In this document: piece after piece, positions 19,336-29,453 of the stretch | Position numbering within the stretch: position 1 is the first letter of the stretch | Layout of the letters: every line of letters begins with the position of its first letter | Sequence record: OP079919.1 | Length of the DNA: 64,000 nt | DNA from: Klebsiella phage KPN8 | Strand: one strand, 5' to 3' | Notes under the pieces: model-generated | Database searches by the model: none | What the model was told of the DNA's origin: nothing | What the model saw: the letters and a program-made list of their open reading frames with translations, nothing else | Translations under genes and position numbers: made by a program

Positions 19336-20321
19336 TAACCACCGCCAACTGGCATACCACCTGTACCGCTGCCACCTGAATTGCTATGACGATGCCTCAA
19401 TAGGGATACCGCACCGCCTCCTGCGGTAACGTCGCCTTTGGCATTTATAGATTCTTCTGCGTTAATGGTTCCTGAACACCGCATGGTTCCATCACCGCCT
19501 TCACCCGCAATTGTGGTAATGTTACCCGCCACACCCAGGTTACCAATAACTGATGTGTTAGCCTTTATATTCACCCCTTCTGGAGCAACGACGTTGACAT
19601 CTTGCGCACTAACCAGCATTTGTTTGCAGATTATGCTTAATAGTTTATCGGCACTAATTCCAAATGTGTCCGCGCACTTAATTAAGATGTTCATCTTAGC
19701 CAGTGTAATTTCTGACCCATCCTGATTTCGTACGCTCGTGGTGTGTGACATCGAATCAGTAGCGATAATGTTGCCTTCGCCATCCCCTAGTAGAACAGTA
19801 CCTGCCTGAGCATCTACCTGGAACTGATATTTGGTCTTCTCTCCATTAGCTTGGGATGTCATAAACCCAACCTTACCCGTATGAGTAGAGATCTCAAACG
19901 TGTAATAGTTATCCAGAGAGAATTCAGCATTCTCGTCTAAATTAGGATTGGCGGAAAATCCCCAAACCACTGTCTCCAGTCGTTTAGTCTTCGTATCGAC
20001 CCCATGGAGTGTCCAGAGTAATTGATCTGAATCTCCATACCGATATATGGCAACTGGTGTCCCTTCTCTGACATCCGGAGCTGTCATTCGGTTACCGCCG
20101 TCACCCATCCACTTAGCCGTCACTGAGTTAGATCCCAAAACCTGAGAAGTTTTGTTAGTTCCGTCGGCTGTTTGCGATGTTTGAACAGAGGTTTGGGCTG
20201 TGGCTACTTCCCTACCATCAGCCATCATGTTATACGATGGAAGGGAAACGGTAATTTCTTTTGAGTCAGTTTGTTTAGTCGATGTTACCGTTCCGACACC
20301 TAAACAATTCAGTAAATTCAT
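19335..20321 (-). CDS. baseplate central spike-like protein (gpV/gp5-like), Gly-rich C-terminus
   Basis: 328 aa. Beta-helix-like VxGxxNI repeats near the C-terminus (VNVVAPEGVNIKANTSVIGNLGVAGNITTIAGEGG). Gly/Ser-rich tip ending in GGG. The only minus-strand gene inside the + strand fibre block. Confidence 0.4.
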   Translation of the reverse strand: MNLLNCLGVGTVTSTKQTDSKEITVSLPSYNMMADGREVATAQTSVQTSQTADGTNKTSQVLGSNSVTAKWMGDGGNRMTAPDVREGTPVAIYRYGDSDQLLWTLHGVDTKTKRLETVVWGFSANPNLDENAEFSLDNYYTFEISTHTGKVGFMTSQANGEKTKYQFQVDAQAGTVLLGDGEGNIIATDSMSHTTSVRNQDGSEITLAKMNILIKCADTFGISADKLLSIICKQMLVSAQDVNVVAPEGVNIKANTSVIGNLGVAGNITTIAGEGGDGTMRCSGTINAEESINAKGDVTAGGGAVSLLRHRHSNSGGSGTGGMPVGGG

Positions 20322-20371
20322 ACCCTGTCCCTTTATTTATAAGACTTTGTCATTTAAAAAATGGTTACTAT

Positions 20372-22846
20372 ATGATCGTTAAGCTGATATTAAAAGGTTA
20401 CATTCCTTTGAACACCAAAGGAGTAGAATATTTTGAAACGGATCAATTGGGCTTAATGAATATCCTGATTGGACGCAATGGACATGGGAAGAGTTCCATA
20501 CTCAACGAGGCTTCACCGATGCCTCCTGAAAACGCCGACTATGTAGAAGACGGATATAAATACGTCGAAATAATTAATAAGGGAAAACGGTATTATTTGG
20601 AATCTTTCACGGGATCAAAAAGCAAACACTCGTTTAAAGATTCAGAAGGTAACGAACTCAACTCAGGTGGTACCCAAGCGGTACAAAAAGAACTGGTTAA
20701 ACAGTATTTCGACCTCACCCCGCTGTACTTTAAAGTTCTTACCGCAATCAACGAAAACTATCGTTTCACAGCATTAGGGGTGGCGGAAAGAAAGTTCCTC
20801 TTAATGGACCTCTACCCTAACGATACCAAATACGCGCTGATTGTCTATAACAAAATCAAATCAGCGTATAGCGATACTGTAGGGGCGTTAAAGAACCAAA
20901 GTCAGAGATTGATTGAGGAACAGCAACGCGTAAGTGCCTTAGGAGGAAAAACCAAAGAAGAACTCCTCCACGACATCTCTCAGCTCGATAAACGTATTAA
21001 CGAAATTGTTTACCTGCAAGGAGAACTCAACGGAACGCCTAACGTTAGCGGGGATCTTCGTTTAGAAATTGAGGATTTCAATAGTAAAGTAAAATCCTTG
21101 CTCGTGATGGGGATGACTACAGGGACACTGTCACGTCAACAGTTAATAGCGAGCATCGAGAGTTTAAAAGCTTCGTTGGTTTATCACGAAACCCAGCAGA
21201 AGATGTATCAGACGCAACTGAATGATATTTCCTCTGCGATGAGTGGACTGGAGTTGAAAGACCACGACCCTAAACAATTTGAAACGCAGCTGTTGGATCT
21301 CGAGTATCGTCATGCTGTACTCGAAACGGTATTGAACGACTCGGAAGAACTCATCAAACGAGAACCGTTTATTTCCGAACACCGGGAACGGTTGATTAAT
21401 CTTGCTCCTGGTTTCAGAACCTTGATAGATCGGATAAACTTAATCCCCCTTTGTTCTAATCCAGAGTTAACCACGAGTCAGTACCAAAACTGGTTAGACA
21501 AGTCTGAACAGATTTTTAACGAAGGTAAACAATCCAGAGTTGAGTTGGAACACGTCCAACATCAACTCAAACATTATCGTGATGCTTCAGAAGTCCAGTG
21601 TCCTGAATGCTCTTCTCAGTTTAAACCTGGGTTCGATAAGACCTACGAATCTAAATTGATTAAACAGGAAGATGGATTAAAATCGACCATTGCTCACCTA
21701 ACGAGTAAGTATAAACAATACAAACAAACCCTCGCTTTGGATCAAGAATGGTTCAGCCAAATGAGGGCTTTGGAACAGTACGTAGAAAGCAGTCATGAAG
21801 CGAAATTCTTACTTCATCTGTTAAGCGAATATAAGGTCGGTTATGAGCCAGCCGATAGACTCATAAACGTCATTAAAACGCTCGCTACGACGCTGGATTA
21901 TAAGAAACAACATGATGCCTTGACCGAAGAAATAAACGTCTTAAAAACCCGTATAAACGTGTTTAAAACGAATAATATGGAAGAGGCTCTGGCCGCGTAC
22001 TCACTCAGCGAAGAAAGGCTGGGTGATAGTAATCGTGCAATTCGTCGCTGTATGACGTTGATGAGGGAGCATCAGAAGACCTTAAAGGATTATGACGCTT
22101 ACGAAATAACGATTGACGCGATCAGAGAAGGGCAAGCAAGAATCCTCGACTTATTACGGGATGAGGGTAAAGTAAGTTTGCATAGAAGACTCAACGAAGT
22201 AATGTCAAGTCTTCTCCCTCAGAAAGATGAAGTCATGTCTCTGATGATCAGACAGGAGTCGTTAAAGACTCTGGTCGAGTCTATCGAAGATAACATTGCG
22301 GGTCTTAAGAAAAGACAATCTGATCTTAAGATCTTGATGGACGGACTCTGCCCTAAGAAAGGATACATCGGGGAATTGATGAAGGACTTTATTACCGCAA
22401 TTTGTGCGAACATGAACGCGGTAATACGGGACATATGGAGTACACCTCTCTTTGTTAAACCGTGTGTTAATAAGAAAGGTGAAATGGATTATAACTTCCC
22501 AGTTATTAATGGCGACTCTAGCAGAACAGCTTCTGACGTGGCTAAATGTAGCGGGGGAGAAAAGGAGATTATTAACTTCGCATTTCGGTTAGTTGTCTCA
22601 CGGTACGTGAAATACGACAGTCCTCTTTTCTTGGACGAGGTTGGCGTTAACATGGACGAATACCACCGTGGTCGCTTCTTTGATTATGTCAAACGACTGA
22701 TGGCGACGGGTAAGATCGATCAATGTTTTATGATCAGTCATTACTCTTCACAATACGGACTTATGGACAACGCCAACATTATTGCTTTAAATACAGAAGG
22801 TTTAACGGTTCCCCCTAACGTCAATCTCAGTACAACGATAAGGTAA
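20372..22846 (+). CDS. Rad50/SbcC-like ATPase (T4 gp46-like) with zinc hook
   Basis: N-terminal MIVKLILKGYIP...LMNILIGRNGHGKSS (Walker A). Long coiled-coil middle with a CPEC hook motif. C-terminal CSGGEKE (ABC signature), LFLDEVGVNMD (Walker B/D-loop) and MISHY (H-loop). Confidence 0.7.
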   Translation: MIVKLILKGYIPLNTKGVEYFETDQLGLMNILIGRNGHGKSSILNEASPMPPENADYVEDGYKYVEIINKGKRYYLESFTGSKSKHSFKDSEGNELNSGGTQAVQKELVKQYFDLTPLYFKVLTAINENYRFTALGVAERKFLLMDLYPNDTKYALIVYNKIKSAYSDTVGALKNQSQRLIEEQQRVSALGGKTKEELLHDISQLDKRINEIVYLQGELNGTPNVSGDLRLEIEDFNSKVKSLLVMGMTTGTLSRQQLIASIESLKASLVYHETQQKMYQTQLNDISSAMSGLELKDHDPKQFETQLLDLEYRHAVLETVLNDSEELIKREPFISEHRERLINLAPGFRTLIDRINLIPLCSNPELTTSQYQNWLDKSEQIFNEGKQSRVELEHVQHQLKHYRDASEVQCPECSSQFKPGFDKTYESKLIKQEDGLKSTIAHLTSKYKQYKQTLALDQEWFSQMRALEQYVESSHEAKFLLHLLSEYKVGYEPADRLINVIKTLATTLDYKKQHDALTEEINVLKTRINVFKTNNMEEALAAYSLSEERLGDSNRAIRRCMTLMREHQKTLKDYDAYEITIDAIREGQARILDLLRDEGKVSLHRRLNEVMSSLLPQKDEVMSLMIRQESLKTLVESIEDNIAGLKKRQSDLKILMDGLCPKKGYIGELMKDFITAICANMNAVIRDIWSTPLFVKPCVNKKGEMDYNFPVINGDSSRTASDVAKCSGGEKEIINFAFRLVVSRYVKYDSPLFLDEVGVNMDEYHRGRFFDYVKRLMATGKIDQCFMISHYSSQYGLMDNANIIALNTEGLTVPPNVNLSTTIR

Positions 22847-22850
22847 TGCC

Positions 22851-23135
22851 ATGTTGACCTTTACTACCACGGTGCGTAATAAAGCCGACAAGCTCGCAGC
22901 GGAACTCGATAAGGTTATCAGTAACTCATCGACGAACCCTCGTAAAGCGACTTGGTTATTGCGTTACGCCAATGTCATTAACTACGCAAACGTCAATGGA
23001 TTAACATTAGTTGAATTCAATACCAGGGCCGAAACTATTCGCAAATGGATAGCGACGGGGCATGTTTTCTTTGAGGGTAACAAAGCCATCTCTCTTGAAG
23101 AAATCGGTATGGATTTCAATACCGGTCGCCGGTAA
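22851..23135 (+). CDS. hypothetical protein
   Basis: 94-aa ORF. ATG 5 nt after the upstream stop. Followed by a hairpin. Confidence 0.5.
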   Translation: MLTFTTTVRNKADKLAAELDKVISNSSTNPRKATWLLRYANVINYANVNGLTLVEFNTRAETIRKWIATGHVFFEGNKAISLEEIGMDFNTGRR

Positions 23136-23165
23136 AATAAGACAGATCTATATTATCTTAGAGAA

Positions 23166-23208
23166 CCGTGAAGGGTGTCTCATTTTCTCTTACACCCTTC
23201 ACTTTTTA
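23166..23208 (+). terminator. intrinsic terminator
   Basis: gtgaagggtgt...acacccttcac with an 11-bp stem, then ttttt. Confidence 0.5.
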
Positions 23209-23225
23209 CTACGAGGAAATAAAAA

Positions 23226-23894
23226 ATGAAGACCGCATTTGGTTTAATGTTCATTCTTATCATGGGGATAAGTAGCGCATTCGCATCAGTGAGTACATCT
23301 CAGTCGGATTATCACTATTTTAATAAACAGAAAACTTACATTTTCGAAGCATCCAAACTTACGGGGATCTCCCCTGAATTAGTTACCGCAATAGGTTCCA
23401 TAGAAAGTGGCCTGGGGCGTAATAAAGTTAATCGGTATTCTAAAGTCAAAGGTGTGATGCAAACCACCAAGCGGACTTATAACTCTAACCTCAAGAAACA
23501 CCACGAAAGACTTGGGTTATCTCCTAACGCTTCTATCAAAAACGATAGAGCAAATATCTTAGTTGCTACCGCAGCATTAGCAGATAACAAACGTTACTTA
23601 GAGAAAGTCACGAATAAAAAAATCACAGATGGGGATGTGTTCATTTCCCATCTGGTAGGTTTAGGTGGCGCAGCTAAAATAATCAAAGGCAAACCCAACG
23701 CCCCCATAAGCCGTTATATCGCACTTCATAAAGGTAACATGCGACTCTATACTGACAAAGGACGGGTATTGACCGTGGCGCAGTTTAGGAGGAGTATGGA
23801 TCGGCTGGTAAAGAAAGAAAGCGCGAAGTATGCCGTGGTTATCAATCAGAACAAGTTGGATCGTTTGATAACAGCTGTCGCGTATAATCAATAA
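23226..23894 (+). CDS. secreted lytic transglycosylase (SLT domain)
   Basis: Signal peptide MKTAFGLMFILIMGISSAFASVS. SLT motifs IGSIESGLGRN (catalytic E-S) and KGVMQTTKRTY. SD 'gaggaaataaaaa ATG'. Confidence 0.7.
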   Translation: MKTAFGLMFILIMGISSAFASVSTSQSDYHYFNKQKTYIFEASKLTGISPELVTAIGSIESGLGRNKVNRYSKVKGVMQTTKRTYNSNLKKHHERLGLSPNASIKNDRANILVATAALADNKRYLEKVTNKKITDGDVFISHLVGLGGAAKIIKGKPNAPISRYIALHKGNMRLYTDKGRVLTVAQFRRSMDRLVKKESAKYAVVINQNKLDRLITAVAYNQ

Positions 23895-23984
23895 ATTTCC
23901 ACCGATCGAATCCTTTATATAGGAGGATGTTTACTGTGGGTTGAGCGTGGTAACTTAACCCACTCTTTTTAAAGAGGCAGTATT

Positions 23985-24242
23985 GTGAACAAGACAATGC
24001 AATTTTCCCTTAACGACAAAGGGGTTTTAGTACAAGACGACAACGGTAACATTCCCGTTCAAATTATTGAAAATCAGACTGAGGACGGGCGTAAAACAGC
24101 CGCTATCGTATTCGGTGGAGAAACCCAAGGTTTCGCTTGTTTCGATTCTAATCAGAATAAACCGATAAGCGTAATCCCCTCCAAACCGTTTCAAGATCCA
24201 AATCTCGATGAATCGCTGTACAATATTTGTAAAGCCATCTGA
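23985..24242 (+). CDS. hypothetical protein
   Basis: 85-aa ORF followed by a hairpin. Confidence 0.5.
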   Translation: MNKTMQFSLNDKGVLVQDDNGNIPVQIIENQTEDGRKTAAIVFGGETQGFACFDSNQNKPISVIPSKPFQDPNLDESLYNICKAI

Positions 24243-24246
24243 TTTA

Positions 24247-24275
24247 ATAGGGGAGGTTCTTCCTCCCCTATCCCT
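24247..24275 (+). terminator. weaker stem-loop at a gene end: 24248..24271 (aggggagg..cctcccct)
   Basis: GC-rich hairpin immediately 3' of the stop codon. No clear T-run follows (cccttatacc). Confidence 0.35.
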
Positions 24276-24301
24276 TATACCGCATTTTCGGAATTCTAAG
24301 A

Positions 24302-24712
24302 ATGAATAAAAATGAAATTATTGACCTCCGTTTTGGTCGCAGCGAATTCAAAGTCAATGGGTATTTCGTAGCCTTTACCGCCGGGATGACTAAGCAATTC
24401 GGCAGGGCTGTTAAAATAGAATTTAGAATTAAAAACACCGCCTCTCGTTTTAGATTGGTCGCTCACGCATTGACGGTTATTGAAGAAAGCGATCTTATTC
24501 TTTTGCATGGCGGAGATTCAAATATTATGGAATTTGTGCTCGATGCCTGCGAGCAAAGCAAGGGCATAGTTGAATACGGCGGTGAGCAGTTCGAAGCCTT
24601 TAATGTTTTGGAACGCGCTATCAAAGAAGACCCCGTTAATTGGGAACGGATGTTAAGTAAAGTGCAGTCGTCCCTGTTAACTAATAGTCCTTTGAGACAA
24701 CATTATCACTGA
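24302..24712 (+). CDS. hypothetical protein
   Basis: 136-aa ORF. No motif recognised. Confidence 0.5.
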   Translation: MNKNEIIDLRFGRSEFKVNGYFVAFTAGMTKQFGRAVKIEFRIKNTASRFRLVAHALTVIEESDLILLHGGDSNIMEFVLDACEQSKGIVEYGGEQFEAFNVLERAIKEDPVNWERMLSKVQSSLLTNSPLRQHYH

Positions 24713-24731
24713 CTTTAGATGGGAGTGCGCT

Positions 24732-25202
24732 ATGGATACGACGGTTGCTTCAGAGATACCATTAGATCAAACCCCTCAGTACGCAGACGATGTAGAGTGC
24801 ACGGATGCGTATATTTTTGAAACCGACGAAGACGGAGTAGGTTTAGAACTTGCTTTGTTCTCTCCCCTGCCCGATAGCTTTACTCCCGTATTAAGAATGG
24901 CTTTGGTTAAATTGGATACCGCTATGCCTATTGACGGTATAGAGGGTTTATACCGGGATCTTGACCAGACATTTGTCAGTAATTACATGACCGGGTATCT
25001 GGAAGATGACTTCGAACGCTTCTTTATCCATTTAGCAGAGCATCTGGAAAGATATGGCGGGGATACTCACCCGGCGATGATTGCGACGATTGAACAGATA
25101 GCCTGCATGACTGAAATCTACGACCTAAAAGATTTCAGAGAATTCATTTACGGTGTAACCGTTATGGTTAAACTCTTTAATCCAGAACCCACCATCCACT
25201 AA
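24732..25202 (+). CDS. acidic hypothetical protein
   Basis: 156 aa, strongly D/E-rich (DDVECTDAYIFETDEDGVGLE...). Confidence 0.5.
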   Translation: MDTTVASEIPLDQTPQYADDVECTDAYIFETDEDGVGLELALFSPLPDSFTPVLRMALVKLDTAMPIDGIEGLYRDLDQTFVSNYMTGYLEDDFERFFIHLAEHLERYGGDTHPAMIATIEQIACMTEIYDLKDFREFIYGVTVMVKLFNPEPTIH

Positions 25203-25210
25203 AGGTTTTT

Positions 25211-25837
25211 ATGGACACCAAATCCCCGGATTTTTATTTTGATTTAGACGACACCCTGACCGGCACCAACCCTTATTTATATCGCCGCGCTAAAACGTTT
25301 ACTAAGCTGAATGGAGAACATGACGTTCACGACGTTCTCGTTCAATCAGAAAAGAATGGATTAACGACCCTACAACTACCTAAACCAATAGGTGATTACA
25401 TTTTTACCAACTTCCTGGAAGACGGTAACTTTATGTTATCTGTTAACCGGTCTCCGTTATTAGAAGGGAATCTGGAAGCTTTTATTTGCTTGCTCAAAAC
25501 AATAAAAGCTAAAGGTGGAAAGGTAGGTGTTTGTACCCATCGCGGGTTTCATCCCAAAGCTAAATCTTACTCCGAATATTGGCTAGATGCTAATATCGGA
25601 ATGAAGCATTTTGACGAAGTCCACGTCCTCGACCCCAAGGTTCATCCTGATAAGTTGAAGTACCTCGAGACCCAGTCAGAATCCTTTAAGTTGGTTGACG
25701 ATAACCCGCTACATGATCTGAATAAGGTTCATGCTAGAGATAGTCGAATTCTGCATTATAACGGCATTTCCGATTACTCCGGTTATCGCCTTCAGCGCAA
25801 GGTTAAATCCGTTTCTGATATCATGCAACTGCTTTAA
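25211..25837 (+). CDS. HAD-superfamily phosphatase
   Basis: Motif I FDLDDTLTG (DxDxT), S/T motif VGVCTHRG, and late VDDN motif. Sits directly upstream of the ligase. Confidence 0.6.
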   Translation: MDTKSPDFYFDLDDTLTGTNPYLYRRAKTFTKLNGEHDVHDVLVQSEKNGLTTLQLPKPIGDYIFTNFLEDGNFMLSVNRSPLLEGNLEAFICLLKTIKAKGGKVGVCTHRGFHPKAKSYSEYWLDANIGMKHFDEVHVLDPKVHPDKLKYLETQSESFKLVDDNPLHDLNKVHARDSRILHYNGISDYSGYRLQRKVKSVSDIMQLL

Positions 25838-25851
25838 ATTTAAACGATACC

Positions 25852-25895
25852 TACTATCTCTTGGGAAACCAAGAGATAGTAAAACCACTATTTTT
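25852..25895 (+). terminator. intrinsic terminator with GAAA tetraloop
   Basis: tactatctcttgg-gaaa-ccaagagatagta, then ...ctatttttg. Confidence 0.55.
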
Positions 25896-25915
25896 GCATT
25901 TAGGAAATTTTTACC

Positions 25916-27820
25916 ATGAGAGAGCAACTAGCTGAACAAATCAGGTATCATAATAAACGTTATTTTTTAGATAACGATCCGGAAATATCCGACGATCAAT
26001 ACGACGAATTAAAACGGCAATACGACGCGTTGGGTGGTAATAAAAGTGCTTCCCCCATCTTGTTAGACATGGAGGGGAGTGCTCTGCACAAGGTAGGGTT
26101 AGACATCCCCATGCTATCTTTATCTAAGAAATTGAACTTATCGGAATACGAAGCCTGGGAATCCGATTACGAAGATAAGGATAAATATCATTCTTACAAA
26201 CTGGACGGTCTGGCGATTGAAGCCTGTTATGAGTTTGGCTTGTTAACTAAGCTCCGTACACGAGGAGATGGGTTAACTGGCGAAGATATCTTAGATAATG
26301 CCGGGGTCTTCTCACCAGATCAGCTCCCTTTAGAAAATCCAGCTTTAAAGGATTTCCACCGAGTTTGGTTACGAGGGGAAGGGTACGTCAGACTGGACGA
26401 TCTGGTTGTTATCAATGAGATCAACGCCAAGAGTTATCCCAATTGTCGTAGTGCGGCATCGGGTCTTATTCGTAGAAATCCAAAAGACAACGTGGATCTG
26501 GCAGGTAAGATCTCTTATAACGTTTATTGGTGTAGTGACCGTTTCGGTTTAGAGACTTACTCCGCCGTTATGGATAAACTCCGTGACTTCGGTTTCAGTA
26601 CTGCGCCGGAATGTCAGTATGAAGACATCGTCAATAATAACCGCCCTCCCCTTCTTCCTACCGACGGAATCGTTTCCGTTATTGATAGTTTTTCTGATCA
26701 AGACGAATTGGGTTCGACTAATGAATACCCTCGCTGGGGCGTTGCTTATAAGTTCCCTCCAGAGCAAGCGGAAACCATTGCTGAAAACGTTTCGTGGGAA
26801 ACGGGTAGAACCGGTCGGGTCACCCCTGTTCTCACCTATAAGGCGGTCACATTAGGTGGCAACACAAATACGGAATGTTCTTTGTTTAATTATCGTCACT
26901 TTATCAAAACGGGTGTGCGTAAAGGAAGCCGGATTATCATTGCTCGTAACGGTGACGTCATTCCTTATTTCGTTAAGGTTGTGGAAGCCGGATTAGGGGA
27001 TGAGTTTAAAACCCCTAAAGTCTGTCCGTCATGTTCGTCTATCCTGATGTATGAAGGGAAAGACGAGAAGAACATCTTCTTAACCTGTAAAAATACCGCG
27101 GATTGTCCAGCGCAGCATATCCAGAGATTCATTAATTTTGTCAGTCGTAAGGGATTGGATATCAAAGGTTACGGCGATAAGATGATGGAGAAGCACGTCG
27201 GGGAAGGGAAAGTCAGTACGCTTTCTGACATTCTTAACTTAGGAGAAATCCTTTCAGGGGAGGGTTTGGATAGGAATACGGAGAAAGTTATTGAGAAACT
27301 TAATAACTTAGGAAGTTACCCGGCGTATAAAGTGCTGGGGGCTTTAGGGATTCCTGGTGTCGCGGAAGGAACAGCTAAACTCATCACTGCTCGAGTCAGT
27401 AGCGTAGAAGATCTGATTGCTCTACTCAAGGACGTTAATCGTTTACTGGAGATTGAGGGCGTTGGGGTGAGTACCGTAAATGAGATCCAGTCGTTTTTAG
27501 GCAATCCCGTTCTCCTTACGGATACTGAAAACGTGCTGAATAAACTAACACTAACGTTTGAAAAAGGGCAAGAGCACGATATCAAAGTGTGTGTTACTGG
27601 CGGGTTGTCTATTCCACGCAGTGCAGCAGAAGAGTTGTTCAATCTTTCTGGGATTGAGTTACTGGACGGGGTAACTAAAAAGATGGATGTTCTCGTCTTC
27701 GCACCTGGAGGGAGTCAGGGTAAGAAAGATAAAGCTATCGCCATGAATAAAGTGGTTATAGAAGCAACCGACGTTCACACTGTAGAACAAATTATCGATC
27801 AAATATTAACAGCCATTTAG
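25916..27820 (+). CDS. ligA: NAD+-dependent DNA ligase
   Basis: LigA-type N-terminus (IRYHNKRYFLDNDPEISDDQYDEL). Adenylation motif KLDG. Cys4 zinc finger (CPSCSS...CKNTADC). HhH region and C-terminal BRCT-like domain. Confidence 0.9.
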   Translation: MREQLAEQIRYHNKRYFLDNDPEISDDQYDELKRQYDALGGNKSASPILLDMEGSALHKVGLDIPMLSLSKKLNLSEYEAWESDYEDKDKYHSYKLDGLAIEACYEFGLLTKLRTRGDGLTGEDILDNAGVFSPDQLPLENPALKDFHRVWLRGEGYVRLDDLVVINEINAKSYPNCRSAASGLIRRNPKDNVDLAGKISYNVYWCSDRFGLETYSAVMDKLRDFGFSTAPECQYEDIVNNNRPPLLPTDGIVSVIDSFSDQDELGSTNEYPRWGVAYKFPPEQAETIAENVSWETGRTGRVTPVLTYKAVTLGGNTNTECSLFNYRHFIKTGVRKGSRIIIARNGDVIPYFVKVVEAGLGDEFKTPKVCPSCSSILMYEGKDEKNIFLTCKNTADCPAQHIQRFINFVSRKGLDIKGYGDKMMEKHVGEGKVSTLSDILNLGEILSGEGLDRNTEKVIEKLNNLGSYPAYKVLGALGIPGVAEGTAKLITARVSSVEDLIALLKDVNRLLEIEGVGVSTVNEIQSFLGNPVLLTDTENVLNKLTLTFEKGQEHDIKVCVTGGLSIPRSAAEELFNLSGIELLDGVTKKMDVLVFAPGGSQGKKDKAIAMNKVVIEATDVHTVEQIIDQILTAI

Positions 27821-27830
27821 GAGAAAAGCA

Positions 27831-28157
27831 ATGCGAATTATTAAAATCGTAACTGTTTTTGTAGATGCGACTATGGAGGAGATCAAAGCGATCGTGAAAC
27901 AACACGTCGATCGTAATTTATACGAAGATCATATCCTCGAATACAAAGAAGGTTCGGCCGTTTTCTTGGTTGCCGAAAACCAAGCTGGATTGGTTGCGAC
28001 CTCTTTGCAAGGCGCTTTCGATAATTCGGAATACATGCCTCGCTCTACGTTAACGGATACTGACAAGGGATTGATCGTATTGCGTTACACCAAACTCACT
28101 GGGGACCTGCGCGCTTCTAACGGTACTCGTAATCAAGCCAAAGCCATGTTTAACTAA
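27831..28157 (+). CDS. hypothetical protein
   Basis: 108-aa ORF with an SD. 10 nt after the ligase stop. Confidence 0.5.
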   Translation: MRIIKIVTVFVDATMEEIKAIVKQHVDRNLYEDHILEYKEGSAVFLVAENQAGLVATSLQGAFDNSEYMPRSTLTDTDKGLIVLRYTKLTGDLRASNGTRNQAKAMFN

Positions 28158-28172
28158 TTGGATATCGACAAA

Positions 28173-29450
28173 ATGACCAAAGAAACTAAAGTAGAGAACA
28201 AATCCGACGTTACCCTTTCTGCAGATAAACAAAAAGAGGCGAATGGATTTAAAATTCGAGAGAAGCGAGCGCAGGTCGCTAGTCCTAAACGCGATTATAG
28301 TTTGGTAATCGATGGGGAGGATAAAACTTCGGAGCTGGCTGAGGTTGAAGAACCCAAACTCACCGAAATCAAACTCATCCTTGGGGTTGGCGGCGGACGT
28401 TATAAAAATGAAGGTAGCTTAAAAAATCTTTTTGAAAAAGAAGGCGTTGAATTAAAAGAATTTACCTTTAAACATAACGGTAAAGATCTCAGTGTCATTT
28501 TAAGTAAGGGATCGCGCGTAACGCTGAATCTTAATTCTAAAAATCGGATGTACTTCCTCGATGAAGAATACGATAACCGCGAAACGTTCGTCAGAGACTA
28601 TCGATTGCAAGGACTCTTCCATCCGTCTTTTGCTTGGGGTGAACGCAAAGATTTTGACAGTATGTTAGTGGTTCTTAATTCCGTCGTCGAATTGAAATAC
28701 GTCAGAGGCGTCAATCTTGTTATCAACCAAGATATCTCTGAGGGGTCGCTGACTTCTTCTTACATCTATAACAATTGCCAGCGTGAATACATCAAGCTCA
28801 AAAACCCCACCGTCTACTATTCCGAAATAGAAGAAGGAAATCTGGGCGATCATTCATACATCGGAAGAAGTGTGCTGCGCGATAGTTCTGTGAGGGGTAA
28901 ACATATCTCGATCACTAACTCAGCTTTGGTGGAGACAAGGATTGACTCTGAAGCCGGATTGAATGCTTCTCAAATACGTCTGAACCGTTCTAATATCAAC
29001 TGTTTGAAAGGAAAGGTTAACTTTGACGGAGGTTCTTTTAAAGAATACTCCGACCTGAATATTGGGACGGTAAATGACATTTTTATCAAACGCAAAGTTG
29101 ACGTGCTGGAATACTCCATTGGTGATATCACCCTGGTGGGGGTTCGTAAAGGTACCGGCTACCCCCGTTCTATCGATGACGAGAATGGTGTTGAAATGAT
29201 CATTTCGATGCCTTATCGCTACGTCGATAATGCTTCAGAAATCATTGTTAGAGATAAAGATACTCGCAGCGAAATCTCAGCTAAGGTCGCTAAGCTCATT
29301 TTCAATAGAGACGTCGATAAGATCATTTATCAGGGTCCGTTCCAGAGTAACACCGTGGAGTCGACCATCGTAGAATCTTTCTCCGACGCCATTATGTCCC
29401 GTCTTCGTCTGCTGACGATGATTGATGCGGCTTTACACGTAGGAATTTAA
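28173..29450 (+). CDS. hypothetical protein
   Basis: Long ORF. First ATG at 28173; a TTG at 28158 is also possible. No motif recognised. Confidence 0.55.
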   Translation: MTKETKVENKSDVTLSADKQKEANGFKIREKRAQVASPKRDYSLVIDGEDKTSELAEVEEPKLTEIKLILGVGGGRYKNEGSLKNLFEKEGVELKEFTFKHNGKDLSVILSKGSRVTLNLNSKNRMYFLDEEYDNRETFVRDYRLQGLFHPSFAWGERKDFDSMLVVLNSVVELKYVRGVNLVINQDISEGSLTSSYIYNNCQREYIKLKNPTVYYSEIEEGNLGDHSYIGRSVLRDSSVRGKHISITNSALVETRIDSEAGLNASQIRLNRSNINCLKGKVNFDGGSFKEYSDLNIGTVNDIFIKRKVDVLEYSIGDITLVGVRKGTGYPRSIDDENGVEMIISMPYRYVDNASEIIVRDKDTRSEISAKVAKLIFNRDVDKIIYQGPFQSNTVESTIVESFSDAIMSRLRLLTMIDAALHVGI

Positions 29451-29453
29451 ATC

